Source: Podarcis gaigeae (Eukaryota). Taken from it: 64,000 nucleotides of DNA. The stretch lies in assembly GCA_964106915.2 (NCBI GenBank), contig OZ066919.1; one strand, written 5' to 3'. Position numbers and translations under genes: made by a program. Position 1 is the first letter of the stretch. Each line of letters starts with the position of its first letter. The notes below the pieces were generated by a model. That model made no database searches, was not told the origin of the DNA, and was given only the letters and a program-made list of their open reading frames with translations. Below, piece by piece: positions 1 to 11,600 of the stretch.

Positions 1-40
1 TCTTGGGAAAGTGCTTCAAAAAAGGCCTGGTGGGGAAGGG
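1..40 (+). CDS. ALG6: ALG6 alpha-1,3-glucosyltransferase, internal exon (5'-truncated by window)
   Basis: Reads LGKCFKKGLVGKG from nt 3, matching recalled human LGKCFKKGLKGKG; donor GG|gtgagt at 40/41, phase 2, compatible with the next exon. Confidence 0.93.
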
Positions 41-558
41 GTGAGTATCTTTAAAAGTTGACATCCAGAAAATGGTCCTGGAATGCACTTAGGCAGGCTT
101 GCCTTGGGAATTTGTGCATGTCATTCATTTCTCGATTAAGCTTTTGGAGAAGGGATTCATGTCATTATAATTCTTTACTCCCCCCCCCTCCCCCAGAAGA
201 ACATTTTCTCCTAAGTCATTAAATAACATACTAAATAGTTTTAAGAGTGTCCATAGTGTATCAAAATACACACGACTATCTTTTCTCTTCAACACCTGTC
301 ATTAGTTAAGCACAGGTCACAAATGGACACCCAGATTTAGAAGATAAGAGTTTAGCATATCTTTTTAACATTTAACAGTTTTCTTATCCCTGATCTCTTC
401 TCCTGTTAGCTATCTCACGTTAGGTTATTTAATGTCTGCCGTTATGCACGGTACTTTAAGTCAGCTTTATGTTTGAGAGCACACAAACATTACTATTTTC
501 TTTTACATGAGCACTTCTTCTTAAGGGCTTGGATTATTTTAATTTTTTTTTCTTACAG

Positions 559-694
559 GCTGTTACTGTTAATGAAACTGGGGTTTACCGTAGGTGTTTC
601 TTTTGCTCTCTGTTGGCTCCCGTTTTGTACAGACGTTGAACAAATTTTGCAAGTGCTCAGAAGGCTCTTTCCAGTTGATCGAGGTTTGTTCGAG
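559..694 (+). CDS. ALG6: ALG6 exon (136 nt)
   Basis: Acceptor ttttcttacag, donor GAG|gtatgc; [45 protein letters not shown] contains the ALG6/ALG8 RLFPxxRGL motif. Confidence 0.97.
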
Positions 695-2411
695 GTATGC
701 CTCATCTTCCCTGCCCTGCCCCCTGACAAGCTTCTTGTAAATGTTTTATATTTTTAGCTCCCTTGAGAAACCTTCACTTTGACCCTTAGGGATTTCATGT
801 GGAAGATACACCAGAAGGCTAGTAATATGATCTGGCTTCTCTGACCGTCATTTCTTGCCAGTTATTTAATCCAGCGTTTAACCCCTAGCTCAGCTGGCAT
901 CTTCCAGGATATTATATGAGTAGACAACATTTATCCCATCGTCAGATCTATAGCTCAGACGTACATTTTTCCGTTTGGCCAGATTCCATAGTAATTAACA
1001 GCGTCCTTGCTCAATCTTATCTAGAGGGTCTAAAAAAATGAATACATACTGGATTCTCTTTTTTTTACTGTTCTAAAATAGTCATTGGACTGATGCTAAA
1101 ATGTTACATGCTTTAGAAGGCATTGAGATTCCTGATTTGCTGTGTTGGAAAGTGCCATCTTGCTTTGCTAAAGTAAGGCCTAAAGGTGTTGAGCATAAAG
1201 TATATGATTTTATTACAGATATGACTTCTATTAAGTGGTTTGCACCAGAGAGAGGGTGTGGGGAAGAGAGAGTGAGAAATAGTGATACAACTCATCAGTG
1301 GAATTACTTCTGAAAACCATTAACATCCCTGGTAGTGGTGCTGGCACATTGGTAGAAAAATTTAGGCTCACTTGTATGTTGACATTTTACACGAAGTGTG
1401 AGGTATATAGAAATTCACAAGCCAAAGAACTGTCAAGTAATTTGGTGCGTTTACATGTGTATTTTTAGGGAGGCAGGATATGTATTTTTTTGATACACAT
1501 TGCTAGGTTTCACTGATGTTTTACAATGAAGAAACTTCACACGATTTTATCCAGGATAGCTCAGGGATTTTTGATCTAATGTTAGCTGAAATGTTTTCTG
1601 AGCTGAGCAGAGGAGTGACTGATTTGGATATTAATCTGGATAAACTGAGAAACTGTCTACGTAAGCAGTGCACGGTAAGTTTATACTGGGTTGCCTGTGA
1701 CAGGTTCTTTGAATTGGTTCCCATTTACAGAGATGCCTGCAAGTGCTGATAGTTGTAAAACTTCTCTGGCTATTAAACAGGCATCTTATATGTTTGTGGG
1801 TGCTGCCAAGCACTTGTCACCTTCAGCAAATTTGCAGTGTGTGTTCTGTACACTTGTAAGTGAACAAGGATGGATGTCTCAGTTGTTGGTAGTAGCTTTC
1901 TTGCTGTTATGTCTACACAGCTGTGATTCAAGCAGCTGTTTAGGGATGAGTTTCATGAGCATGCTAGCTGTGTGGTTACAAATTTAATTTGGAAAGTGAT
2001 CCTAGCACAACTGCTAATGTCTTTAGACTTCTTGATTTATTAGGGTTAACTCTGTCATTGCTAGCTACTAGCAAGCAGAGCTAAATATGTTCTAGTAGCA
2101 GAATGTGGCAAAATATAGTGTGGCATCACATTTGCAAAAAAAAAGTTTCAAATTTCTCTTACTTAATATGCTACAGTATTGTTATAAAAGATTTTTCTAA
2201 CACAAGCTCTTGTACTCAGTAACGTACTTCTCTGTTAATTAAAGGCTTGTTTTAATCAAAATGACATTGCCCACTATTTTGAACCAAGGTCACACAGATG
2301 CATTTAATCTCGGCATCAAATATACATCCATGCAAAAAGATCCCTGCCATTCAATGTATAAATAAGGCCCATCAACAAAAAAATAATGCAACACTTTAAA
2401 TATCTTCTCAG

Positions 2412-2497
2412 GATAAAGTGGCCAATGTTTGGTGCACCGTAAGTGTTTTTTTCAAAGTAAAGGCAGTGCTGTCAGCAGAAACACAACTTAAACTAAG
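2412..2497 (+). CDS. ALG6: ALG6 exon (86 nt)
   Basis: cttctcag|GAT ... AG|gtaagt; DKVANVWCTVSVFFKVKAVLSAETQLKL; phase 0 in, phase 2 out. Confidence 0.97.
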
Positions 2498-3145
2498 GTA
2501 AGTGAGAATAGAAGTCCATAGCAACTTTCAAGTCTGAATTATGTTACACTGTTGGTAGGATCACAAGATAGTATTTTAAAACAATGTAATAATATTGCCC
2601 TCTCTATGGTGGTTCCCACGTCTGTGGAATGCCCTCCCCTTATGGTTATGAGTAGTGCCAACATTGTTATCATTTCAATGCCAGCTGAAGACTTATATCT
2701 GCCCAGGCATTTTTAAGTTTTGCAAGTTGATTGCTATTTAACTTGCTTTGTTTTTTCTAGCTGCTTTGATGGTTTCTTTTACAATTTATTGTTTGTTTTA
2801 TTATTTGGTTGGTTGGTATTTATTTCATTTTGTGTTCTGTGCCTTACTCTTGAATCTGTATTGATGAAGGACAGGTTATACATATTTTTAAATAATAAAT
2901 ACATTAAATGTCAGATTCTGGCACTGGTTCAACCATCTGCATAGAAACAGAGTTGATTTAAACAGTAGTGTCATGTGGATGTTTTCTGCTTGTTTAATTT
3001 GTAAGTTTAAAATTAGGAAATTCAAAACAGGAACCTTATTTGTTTTTTAGTGCAGGTATGAAAAAATCAGGTTTGATCCATAGTTTTAAGAAGGTGAATC
3101 CATTGTTACTGAGATAGCATTTTTAATACATTATTTTATGTTCAG

Positions 3146-3230
3146 CTTTGCCTTAACATTCCTGACTGCACTTCCCAGTTGCATAAAACTAACTCTGCAG
3201 CCTTCTATCAAAGGATTTAAATATGCTTTG
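3146..3230 (+). CDS. ALG6: ALG6 exon (85 nt)
   Basis: gttcag|C ... TTG|gtaagt; (S)[28 protein letters not shown]. Confidence 0.97.
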
Positions 3231-5243
3231 GTAAGTGTTTGATGAACTTTTTATTTTATTTAATATAATGTTTGTATGTTTTATAATAGAAACAAATATC
3301 TTTCTCCATTCACACTTTGTTCAGTTTCATAGAACAACATATATATGTACCATATGATCTCTTCCAATAAGAAACCCCAAACCTGGCCATTCTGAGTGAC
3401 CATAGGTGTTGTATCTCAGACCAGTCCGACCGCTCATTATTCTTGTTTGCGCACCAAAGGCTTATTGCTTTCCTCCCACAAATACATATGTACATATGCA
3501 TGCACACACAATCATATATAGGATGAAAATATATCACAGAATGGAAATTAGGATGAGGTGGCAAAATATGCACAGAAATTGCTATATAGACCATTTGGCC
3601 TATGCAGGAAATCTGGAGCAATGTCACCCTGGCAGATGACTGTCTTGCCTCCGCATGAATTCCTCTAGTGAAGGGAGCCCACTACTCTCAAGGTAATTGG
3701 TTCTGTTGAGAAACTTCTGAAGTCTATCCTCCTGTAAGTTATGCTTATTACACCCTTGTTCTGCCCTTTGGGACAGCAGAGAACAAATTTGTTTAAAAGC
3801 TTATGATGCAATTTATCTGGTTCTAAAGACTTCTAGCTCACCTAAAGTAGCTAGGTATTTCCTGACCAGCTTGGAACCACAACTCCTAACCTCTCACCAT
3901 AGATATAATTATAGAATTGTAGGGTTGGAAAAGGTTCCAAGGATCATCTAGTCCAACCCTGTGCAATGCAGGAATCTGAACTAGATCAGACCTGATGGAT
4001 GATACATGATCAGTCATGCTACTTGTGCAAGGTAGTACACTTAAAAGTTATTTGGGCAGTGGAGTTCATCTATTCATGTCACATGGATCATTACATATTA
4101 ATCTAGATTAAAGAGAACCAACTCCACCTCCTGGGAATGAGGAAGCCTCATTAATTAAACAATTTTGTGGTAACCTAAACAACTGCAATCCCATTAGTAG
4201 GCCTGTTGGTCCAAATTGCCCAAAAATACTCATAAATCAGATGACTAATATTTCGGGCTTGGAGAATAGCCACTGTATTGCGATGCTCAAGGTTCTTTTT
4301 TGACCTATGCCTTATGTTAATAATCTCTGATAAACAGCCACCCTTGTCTCCGTGACTTAAATTTTGAAGTTTATCTGTCATTGCATGCTGAAGTTTTGCC
4401 TAAAAAGTCACACAGTACTTTTAAAAGGATCAGTAAAGTTACTCCGTTGCGCTACTTTGTATTTCTTAAAAATTACTTAAAACACTTTAAACAAAACACG
4501 ATTATAGCAGTCCTCCAGCAATACGTAAGTGGTATTCTTCAAATTGCTGAAGGGAAGGGAAATGCCTTTAATTTTTTGTTCTATAATTTTTCTTCAAAAT
4601 ACAACATCACGCAAAAAAGCAGAGGTGGATTTAAGCAAATGTGACTGGTCCAGCAACACAGGGCACAGTGTCCTGTGTGTGTCACATTCTACAATAATGT
4701 AGAATGGAAGGCGGGGTGGGGGATAATTTTTTGTGTTGCACAGGCCGCCGCTGAAATTTGAGACCTCAAGTTCCACCACTGAAAAAAGCCTTGTATGGAT
4801 GAGTGATCACTTCTTATTTTGCTTTTTTCCAGATCAATATTACTTATAAAAAATAACAGTAATTATTGCAATAACTTTAAAAAGGAACTGTGCTTTTCTC
4901 TCGAATACTGCAACTTGAAAATATTTCATACACTTAGTTATGGTAACATACCCATTTTAAATGTACTTGAAAATAAGGAAAAGTGGTCTTAAGCACAGTG
5001 ACATTTCAAGCAGAATCCTGTAACCTGGTGATCTCCAGATATTGTTGGGCTACATCTCCCTCACCATTGGCAATGGAAATTGCAGTCCAAACATCTGGAA
5101 CACCATGTTGGGAAGCCTGCTTCTATGGATACATGTAAGCTGTTCCTGAATAGCAAAAGCATCCTCTCCACGTTCCTGTCGATGGAAATATCAACAGTAC
5201 TTGTTGCCTCTGTGTTAACACTTGTTAACTTTGTTTTTAACAG

Positions 5244-5314
5244 GTTAGCTGTGCATTATCCTTCTTCCTGTTCTCATTCCAAGTGCATGAAAAATCTATT
5301 CTTCTAGTTTCAAT
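5244..5314 (+). CDS. ALG6: ALG6 exon (71 nt)
   Basis: ttttaacag|GTT ... AT|gtaagt; VSCALSFFLFSFQVHEKSILLVS contains the conserved FQVHEKSIL motif. Confidence 0.98.
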
Positions 5315-6124
5315 GTAAGTTGTATTTTCTGCTTTAAAAATATAATGCATCATTATCTGTTGAAATGGGAAGTAAATAAACAGCACATCTGATGAAGTGG
5401 ATCATGGGATCTGATCTAGAATAGGGCTCCAGCACGGGTAAATCTTGAATGTGCAGAAGCGCAAGAGAATTGGTTCAACCAAATAACATCATTCCCTTAG
5501 CCCAGGATGCATGAAAGGGTATTTAGTATACCTGGCCAAAGGAGGTGCCTTCTATGTCTTATTTTTGAAAAGCTAAATGTTTTAGAATGCATTGTTGTCT
5601 TCCATCCTCTTTTATTTTTAAAGTGTGGGGAGGTGGAAAAAGTGACAGCTTTAAAACTGCATCTACATGCTTCAGAGATGGCTTTTGCCAAGTTCACAAG
5701 ATGCTGAACATGCATTGAAGTCACATGCTCAGCAGGAACCATAGAGCCATGTTCCTATATCACAGTGATGTCAAATCTGATATTTTGGGATTTACTTGGG
5801 ACCGAAGAGCAGTTTTTGCATCTGTAGGTCTGTTTGCCCAGAATGTTAAACCATGGTGTAGTGCTACATGCTTCAGCTGAAATGAACCTGAGCAAGACTC
5901 AGGCTTGCATGCTACTCCTTTCCTCCTGCATAGCTGGAAGGATGTTTCTAGTATTTACTTCCCAGCTTCTTTGGAAATTGTCTCGTTTTATCCAGACCGA
6001 CAAACTGTAGTTAAACCAGCCAGCTTCAGAAACCATGATTTTAAAGCTGGCTTGTTTTGAAACTGAAATGTTATCAGTATGTCTATCTTCATTATCAAGC
6101 CCTTCAGTTTACTACTTTCAGATA

Positions 6125-6370
6125 CAGTGGTACCTTGGTTTGCATACTTCTTGGTTTGCATACATTTTAGATTACAAACACTTCAAAGCCGGAAGTGCGT
6201 GTCCTGGTTTGCAACTTTTTTTTGGATTACAACCCATTTTGGGGGGATTACAAACTAATTTATTTTTTTTTGGAGGCCCCATTGGCAGAAGCGCCCCTTG
6301 GGTTACAACCTGTTTTGGTTTACAAATGGACCTCCGGAACAGATTATGGTTGTAAACCAAGGTACCACTG
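6125..6370. mobile_element. Tc1/mariner-pogo (Tigger-like) MITE
   Basis: TIRs cagtggtaccttggttt / aaaccaaggtaccactg, flanked by TA on both sides (6123-6124, 6371-6372). Confidence 0.9.
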
Positions 6371-6413
6371 TATTTGCTTGCATGGGTCTGTCAGAATTGC
6401 TCTTATTGACAAG

Positions 6414-6594
6414 GAAAGGGATATGGCTGAATGATGGAACACATCTGCATGCAGTATGTCCCTGGTTCAATTCCTGGTCTCTCCAGTTAGAGCTGGAAAA
6501 GGTTCCTGCCAGAAACGCTGGAGCCCGTCAGCATTGACATTACTCAGCAAGATGGGCCTCATGGTCTGATTTGGTATAAGGCAGCTTCCTGTGT
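6414..6594 (+). mobile_element. Old tRNA-headed SINE with L2-type tail (Squam3-like)
   Basis: B-box-like ggttcaattcc and tail gatgggcc..ggtctgatttggtataaggcagcttcctgtgtt; related copies at 19105-19276 (-) and 33068-33252 (+). Confidence 0.7.
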
Positions 6595-7042
6595 TAAAAA
6601 TGAGTCAAGTAGTAGCAAAGAGTGGGACTTGCAATAGAATGTTGACTTGTGGGGTGACAGTATTGAATATTCCAGCTATCCAAGCTTTCTTCCATTTTCT
6701 AGGTTCACTATATTTTGCTTTGGTTCCTTTGCCAATGCCTCATCCCCTGACATCCCACATTCAGTAGCTACTGTGCATACTCAGTGGTGTTAACACTTCA
6801 CTTACCCCCATAGGAAGGTGCATAAACAATCTCCATGTGCAATTTATTTTACTCTGTTGCCCTAATGGGCTGCTTGGCCATTATTGTTATGTATTGTGTA
6901 TTAATGTGCTTGTGGTCTGTATTCTAAATAAATGCCCCTTACTCTTGTTTTGCGTCACTTTCGTTAAAACAAAAAAAAAATGTATGATGTAGCAGCTCCG
7001 CTATCAACTAATTGAAATGTTACCTTGACAATGTTTATGTAG

Positions 7043-7135
<93 letters not shown>

Positions 7136-7261
7136 TGAGTTTGAATATTAGTATTTCTAAATAATTCTAACTTGAGTTTATTGAGGACTCCCCACCCCCT
7201 TATATATTGTTGGGCAAATAACCATGATAGGGCATGAACTAACTTGTCTCTTTCTCCACAG

Positions 7262-7460
7262 CATGCTCCCCCTTCTCCTGAAGGATGGCCTGCTCCTGCC
7301 ATATATTGTGACAACACTGGCCTTTCTCACAGTGTGTGCAACTTCTTTCTCAATATTTGAAAATACTTCTGAAGACGATATGCAGCTAAAGCTTTTCCCC
7401 ACTTCCATTAGACGATGCATGCCATGGTTCAGAACATTCGCAAAGGTTATTAGGAGTTCA
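7262..7460 (+). CDS. ALG6: ALG6 exon (199 nt)
   Basis: ttctccacag|C ... TCA|gtaagt; (S)MLPLLLKDGLLLPYIVTTLAFL...FAKVIRSS. Confidence 0.97.
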
Positions 7461-8073
7461 GTAAGTAACTCTTACAAAAACCTTGTCTTTTGTGCACTGA
7501 TTTGTCTAAGGGGTAGATGCTTTCCTTTTGTTTATGTGTTTTAAACATAAGCTACTGTATAGCTGCCAAGGTCCCCAGTCACACCTCTGCCATGATTCCC
7601 ACCGTGTGCAGATGCTGGTGGAGAAAACTGCTGGAACATTTTAAGCAGTTATCTGGGGCAGCATCTGACACTTTTAGTGTGGCATGAAGAAGCTGCAGCA
7701 TGCCTTGGATTGCATTTAAAAACAACAACCCTGCAGTTTGGCTATTATGTTCAAACCAACCAACTGTGGTTAACATTGAAACAAGCATCAAGAAAAGAGG
7801 AGAGGGAAGGATGTGAGTAGGAAGTTTGATCCAGCTCATTTGGGCTTGTTCACCTCACACTAAACTATGGTTAGATTGAGCATCCTAATATGGACGTGAC
7901 CAAGTTTGCATCAACCCTGGCAATTGGTACATAAGATGTCATGTTAGAGACACATTGTATTTTCTGAAATATCTTCCATAAGGATGATGAAAACAGAGCA
8001 CCTAAGCAATGAAACGACTTATTGGACATTGTAAATCAGGGATAACCAGTGTACCTTTTCTCTCTCCTTTCAG

Positions 8074-8271
8074 TTCCTTGTCTCAATAACTCTGATGGGC
8101 ATCCTGACTTTAATGAGTGCTACATTGGATCCTCCACAAAGGCTACCAGATTTATTTCCTCTAGCTGTCTCTGCTGTATCCTGCTTGCACTTTCTATTCT
8201 TCTTGCTATATTTTAATGTCATTGCAATATGGGAATCAAGAGATAGCCGAAATCAGAAAAAAACCAATTAG
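8074..8271 (+). CDS. ALG6: ALG6 last coding exon with stop; C-terminal KKTN dilysine ER-retrieval motif
   Basis: ctcctttcag|TTC; FLVSITLMGILTLMSATLDPPQRLPDLFPL...WESRDSRNQKKTN then TAG at 8269-8271. Confidence 0.97.
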   Translation, partial: FLVSITLMGILTLMSATLDPPQRLPDLFPLAVSAVSCLHFLFFLLYFNVIAIWESRDSRNQKKTN

Positions 8272-8504
8272 GTCAAAGTGCCAACCCGCAAAACTAATGA
8301 CTAAAGCAAGGGGAAACCTTTTAATATTTTCATAGAACTATGTCTTAAATCATATGTAATGTGAGGTATAAATTGCTTTCTTATTTTATGTATTTGCTGG
8401 GGAAAGCCACACAAAAATGTTTACATGTCAATTTGTGCTGTTTCAGGAATGTGAATAGCCATTATTAAGAGAGGTTTGAAATGGACTCTTTGTCCTCTGT
8501 ATGC

Positions 8505-8615
8505 AATAAAAGGGAAACATCATACTTGATTATTTGTTGAAGATGGAAAGCTACTGGTACCTTGAAGACAATTAAGTAATATTTTGGCCACCTTTACTGG
8601 CTTATTTTGAATAAA
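8505..8615 (+). terminator. Candidate ALG6 polyadenylation signals
   Basis: AATAAA at 8505-8510 and 8610-8615, about 235 and 340 nt after the stop. Usage is not demonstrable from sequence. Confidence 0.45.
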
Positions 8616-11233
8616 ATTTCCAAATTAATTTAATAGTATGAGTTTCAGTTTAATGCACTTCAAATGAAATGTGTTGGGGATGCAGAACCATATTTTATGG
8701 CGTATCTTGTCTGTTGCTACTAAATGCTGTCTCTTCTAGCCTATTTGATTACATACATTAAGCTGCCTTGTACAATATTTCACTATTCTCTATGATATGC
8801 TTAAAATTATCAAGGCCACTGAACTAATATTCATGACTCAGTGTCATGGTTCATGCTTCCATGACAGTCTTATTTCAGTATTAACCTTTATACTAGCTAA
8901 AAGTCCATAACAAGAATTCCAAGGCGCTGTTGTGGCCAACATTATTTTTAATGTACATCAACATGCAAACCTCCCAGCGATATGCAAATTTTATAGCCAA
9001 AATAGCATTTTAGTCATATAGATTCTAATTCTAGAATTCTAATGCAGCAGATCACGAAGAACTCAAATTGTGCGAAGTCCTTTTTCTGTAGCACTCTCTT
9101 GTAACAGTCTTGATATTTAATAGCCTGCAACTCAAATATTGTTGGGTTTTAAAAATTAAGTTATTGCAAGAATTCAAATCCATTTGGAATTCTTTGGTGC
9201 TTGATGGTTGTCTTAATGCCATCTGCCTACACTGACAAAAGTATACATGGCGCATAAAGAATTAGACCAATTTCTAGCAGCCACTTACGAAGACTTGACA
9301 TTTCTGCTGTATATGACACATCTTTATCATGGACATGAACAATTAGTTCATTGTTCCTAGCCAAAGTCTTACATTCAATACACATTGACTTTGAGTATTC
9401 ATTTTAAATACAAAATTCAACTAGCCTCTGATTTAATTTGATTTGTTGCCATATTTTAGCACCTTATTCAACAAGACACTATGCACTTATCATCACATGC
9501 TTCTATTGCATGTCAGCTCCACCCAAATTTATTCCTTTCTGCTGTTCTGAAAACATGTACAGCAATAAGACAAAGCCCTCAAAATGGGATAAAGTGGTAC
9601 TACATATTTCTGATACAGATTTTCAGTTTGCAAGTACATGGTTTGGTTTGCTGCCATACAAAATGCAACATAATCTGAATGTAGCTCTTTACAAAGCTCA
9701 AGCTGCCTAGTATCTTGTGCCAGGAAGCCAAAATTCTGCATGCACAGTTACAATCTATTATGCAAACAAATGCTAATGATGTCCTTCCCCTCTATTTTTC
9801 TAATGGCCCTGCTATGCTCTATGAAAATGAACAGAAGCTGAGAGCATAGGTTCAATCATGGGGACTTGAAATTAAAACATTGTACTGGAATGTGAAGATT
9901 ATTAAAAGTAAAGTTGCCACAGAGCAGTAATACATAATTTATTGTATTAAAGGGAATGATATCTCACACCAATGAAACTTGTATTTTTCCTACACCAAGT
10001 GAGCCTTCGAAGTCTCAAGTATACAAACCTGTATACACTTTCAAACGGTATCCTTTAAAGTTTTGTATATCAATCCATCAAAGGTCCAGTGTGCTGAAAG
10101 AAACTGCACGCATAAAATGTTTGTTTAGTTCCTGTCAGTCTATATCAAGCACTTCAGGTTCCCAATATTGGATCAAAGATTATACCAAACAGATGGTTGG
10201 CTCTGTCAGCCTGGATGGTGCAATTGCCTCTCTTTTGGGTGTGCCCCAAATCCAGCCAAACTTCCTTCACTGTTGGCCATCTGTTGGATGGCTTGTTGCT
10301 CAAATATGTGTGCAAAGAAACCCACTGGTGTGTGCAATTTCCCCTGGAGTGGAGGCCCAGCGTTCCTATGCAATTTGGATATATTTATTGTGAACTAAAG
10401 AGGATAGCATGTGCTGAATGTGCAGCCTTGTCACACATGGTAATGAAAGTTAAATCCTAAGCAGGGAGTTGGATTCAGAGATGCCTTGCACCAGCGGGAA
10501 CTGGTGTGTCGGGATAGTTGGCAGAACCTCCACACTTCATGGCAACAGTTCCCATGCTATCCTCTAGGATTCTCAGGGCTATGTAAGGGGAATTGCTGGG
10601 TGATGTTTCATGGACCAGGTAGGAAATCTCAATTTTCCAAACTGTTGTCTGGTTCCAACCCAATGTTTTATTGAATGATGACATTAACAATAGTCTGTTT
10701 CTACCCCATTCTTAAAGCTATAAGTGTGGTAGGAGAGCTGACCCCCCCCCCCCCAATCTGGCAACCAATGTACTCCTATGGTTTCAGATAATACAGGAGT
10801 CTAAAAAGCCCAGGACACAATTTTTACAGCCCTGATACTGATTTACCAGAAGCAATGCATGTAACATTAACTCTGCATGTGTATACTCAGTTCTGACCAA
10901 ACTAAGCCTCCTAGCCTCCACATATCAAAGGGCTATCTTATCTATGGATCACTTCCACATTTCCCTTATTAAATACTACCAAGCTTAACTTTACTCCTTT
11001 CTCATAACAGTTATTCCTCCCAAGAGGCATAGGTACCGCAACCACTGGAGAGCCAATTCAAAGTATGGAGCAACGTGGGCCTAGTGCCAGCCTCACCTCC
11101 CTCGGGTCTAGAGCCGCAGATGGGAAAAAGTGGGCATATTCAGTCTCTAGAGTGCTATCAGAGTGCTATCAGAAACTGAACTGCTCCAAAACGAGAATTG
11201 TGTGGGTTTTCATTTACTTCATTAATTTGTTAA

Positions 11234-11600
11234 AAAGGTAAAGTAAAGGACCCCTGACAGTTAAGTCCAGTCGTGAACGACTCTGGCGTTGCGGTGTTCA
11301 TCTTGCTTTACTGGCCGAGGGAGCTGACATTTGCCCGCAGACAGCTTTTCCGGGTCATGTGGCCAGCATGACTAAGCAGCTTCTGGCGAAACCAGAGCAG
11401 CGCACGGAAACGCCGTTTACCTTCCCACCGGAGCGGTACCTATTTATCTACTTGCACTTTGACGTGCTTTCGAACTGCTAGGTTGGCAGGAGCAGGGACC
11501 GAGCAACGGGAGCTCACCCCGTTACGGGGATTCGAACCACCGACCTTCTGATTGGCAAGCCCTAGGCTCAGTGGTTTAGACCACAGCACTACCCGCATCC
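11234..11600 (-). mobile_element. Sauria SINE, full length
   Basis: Minus strand reads ggatgcgggtagtgctgtggtctaaaccac...ggttcgaatcc (A/B boxes), core ccaacctagcagttcgaaagcac, and ends in a (CCTTTA)-type tail. Confidence 0.93.

Noticed and set aside
7983-8045. Possible intronic C/D snoRNA (ATGATGA) in the last ALG6 intron
   Set aside because: No D box (CTGA) or terminal stem at a suitable distance.
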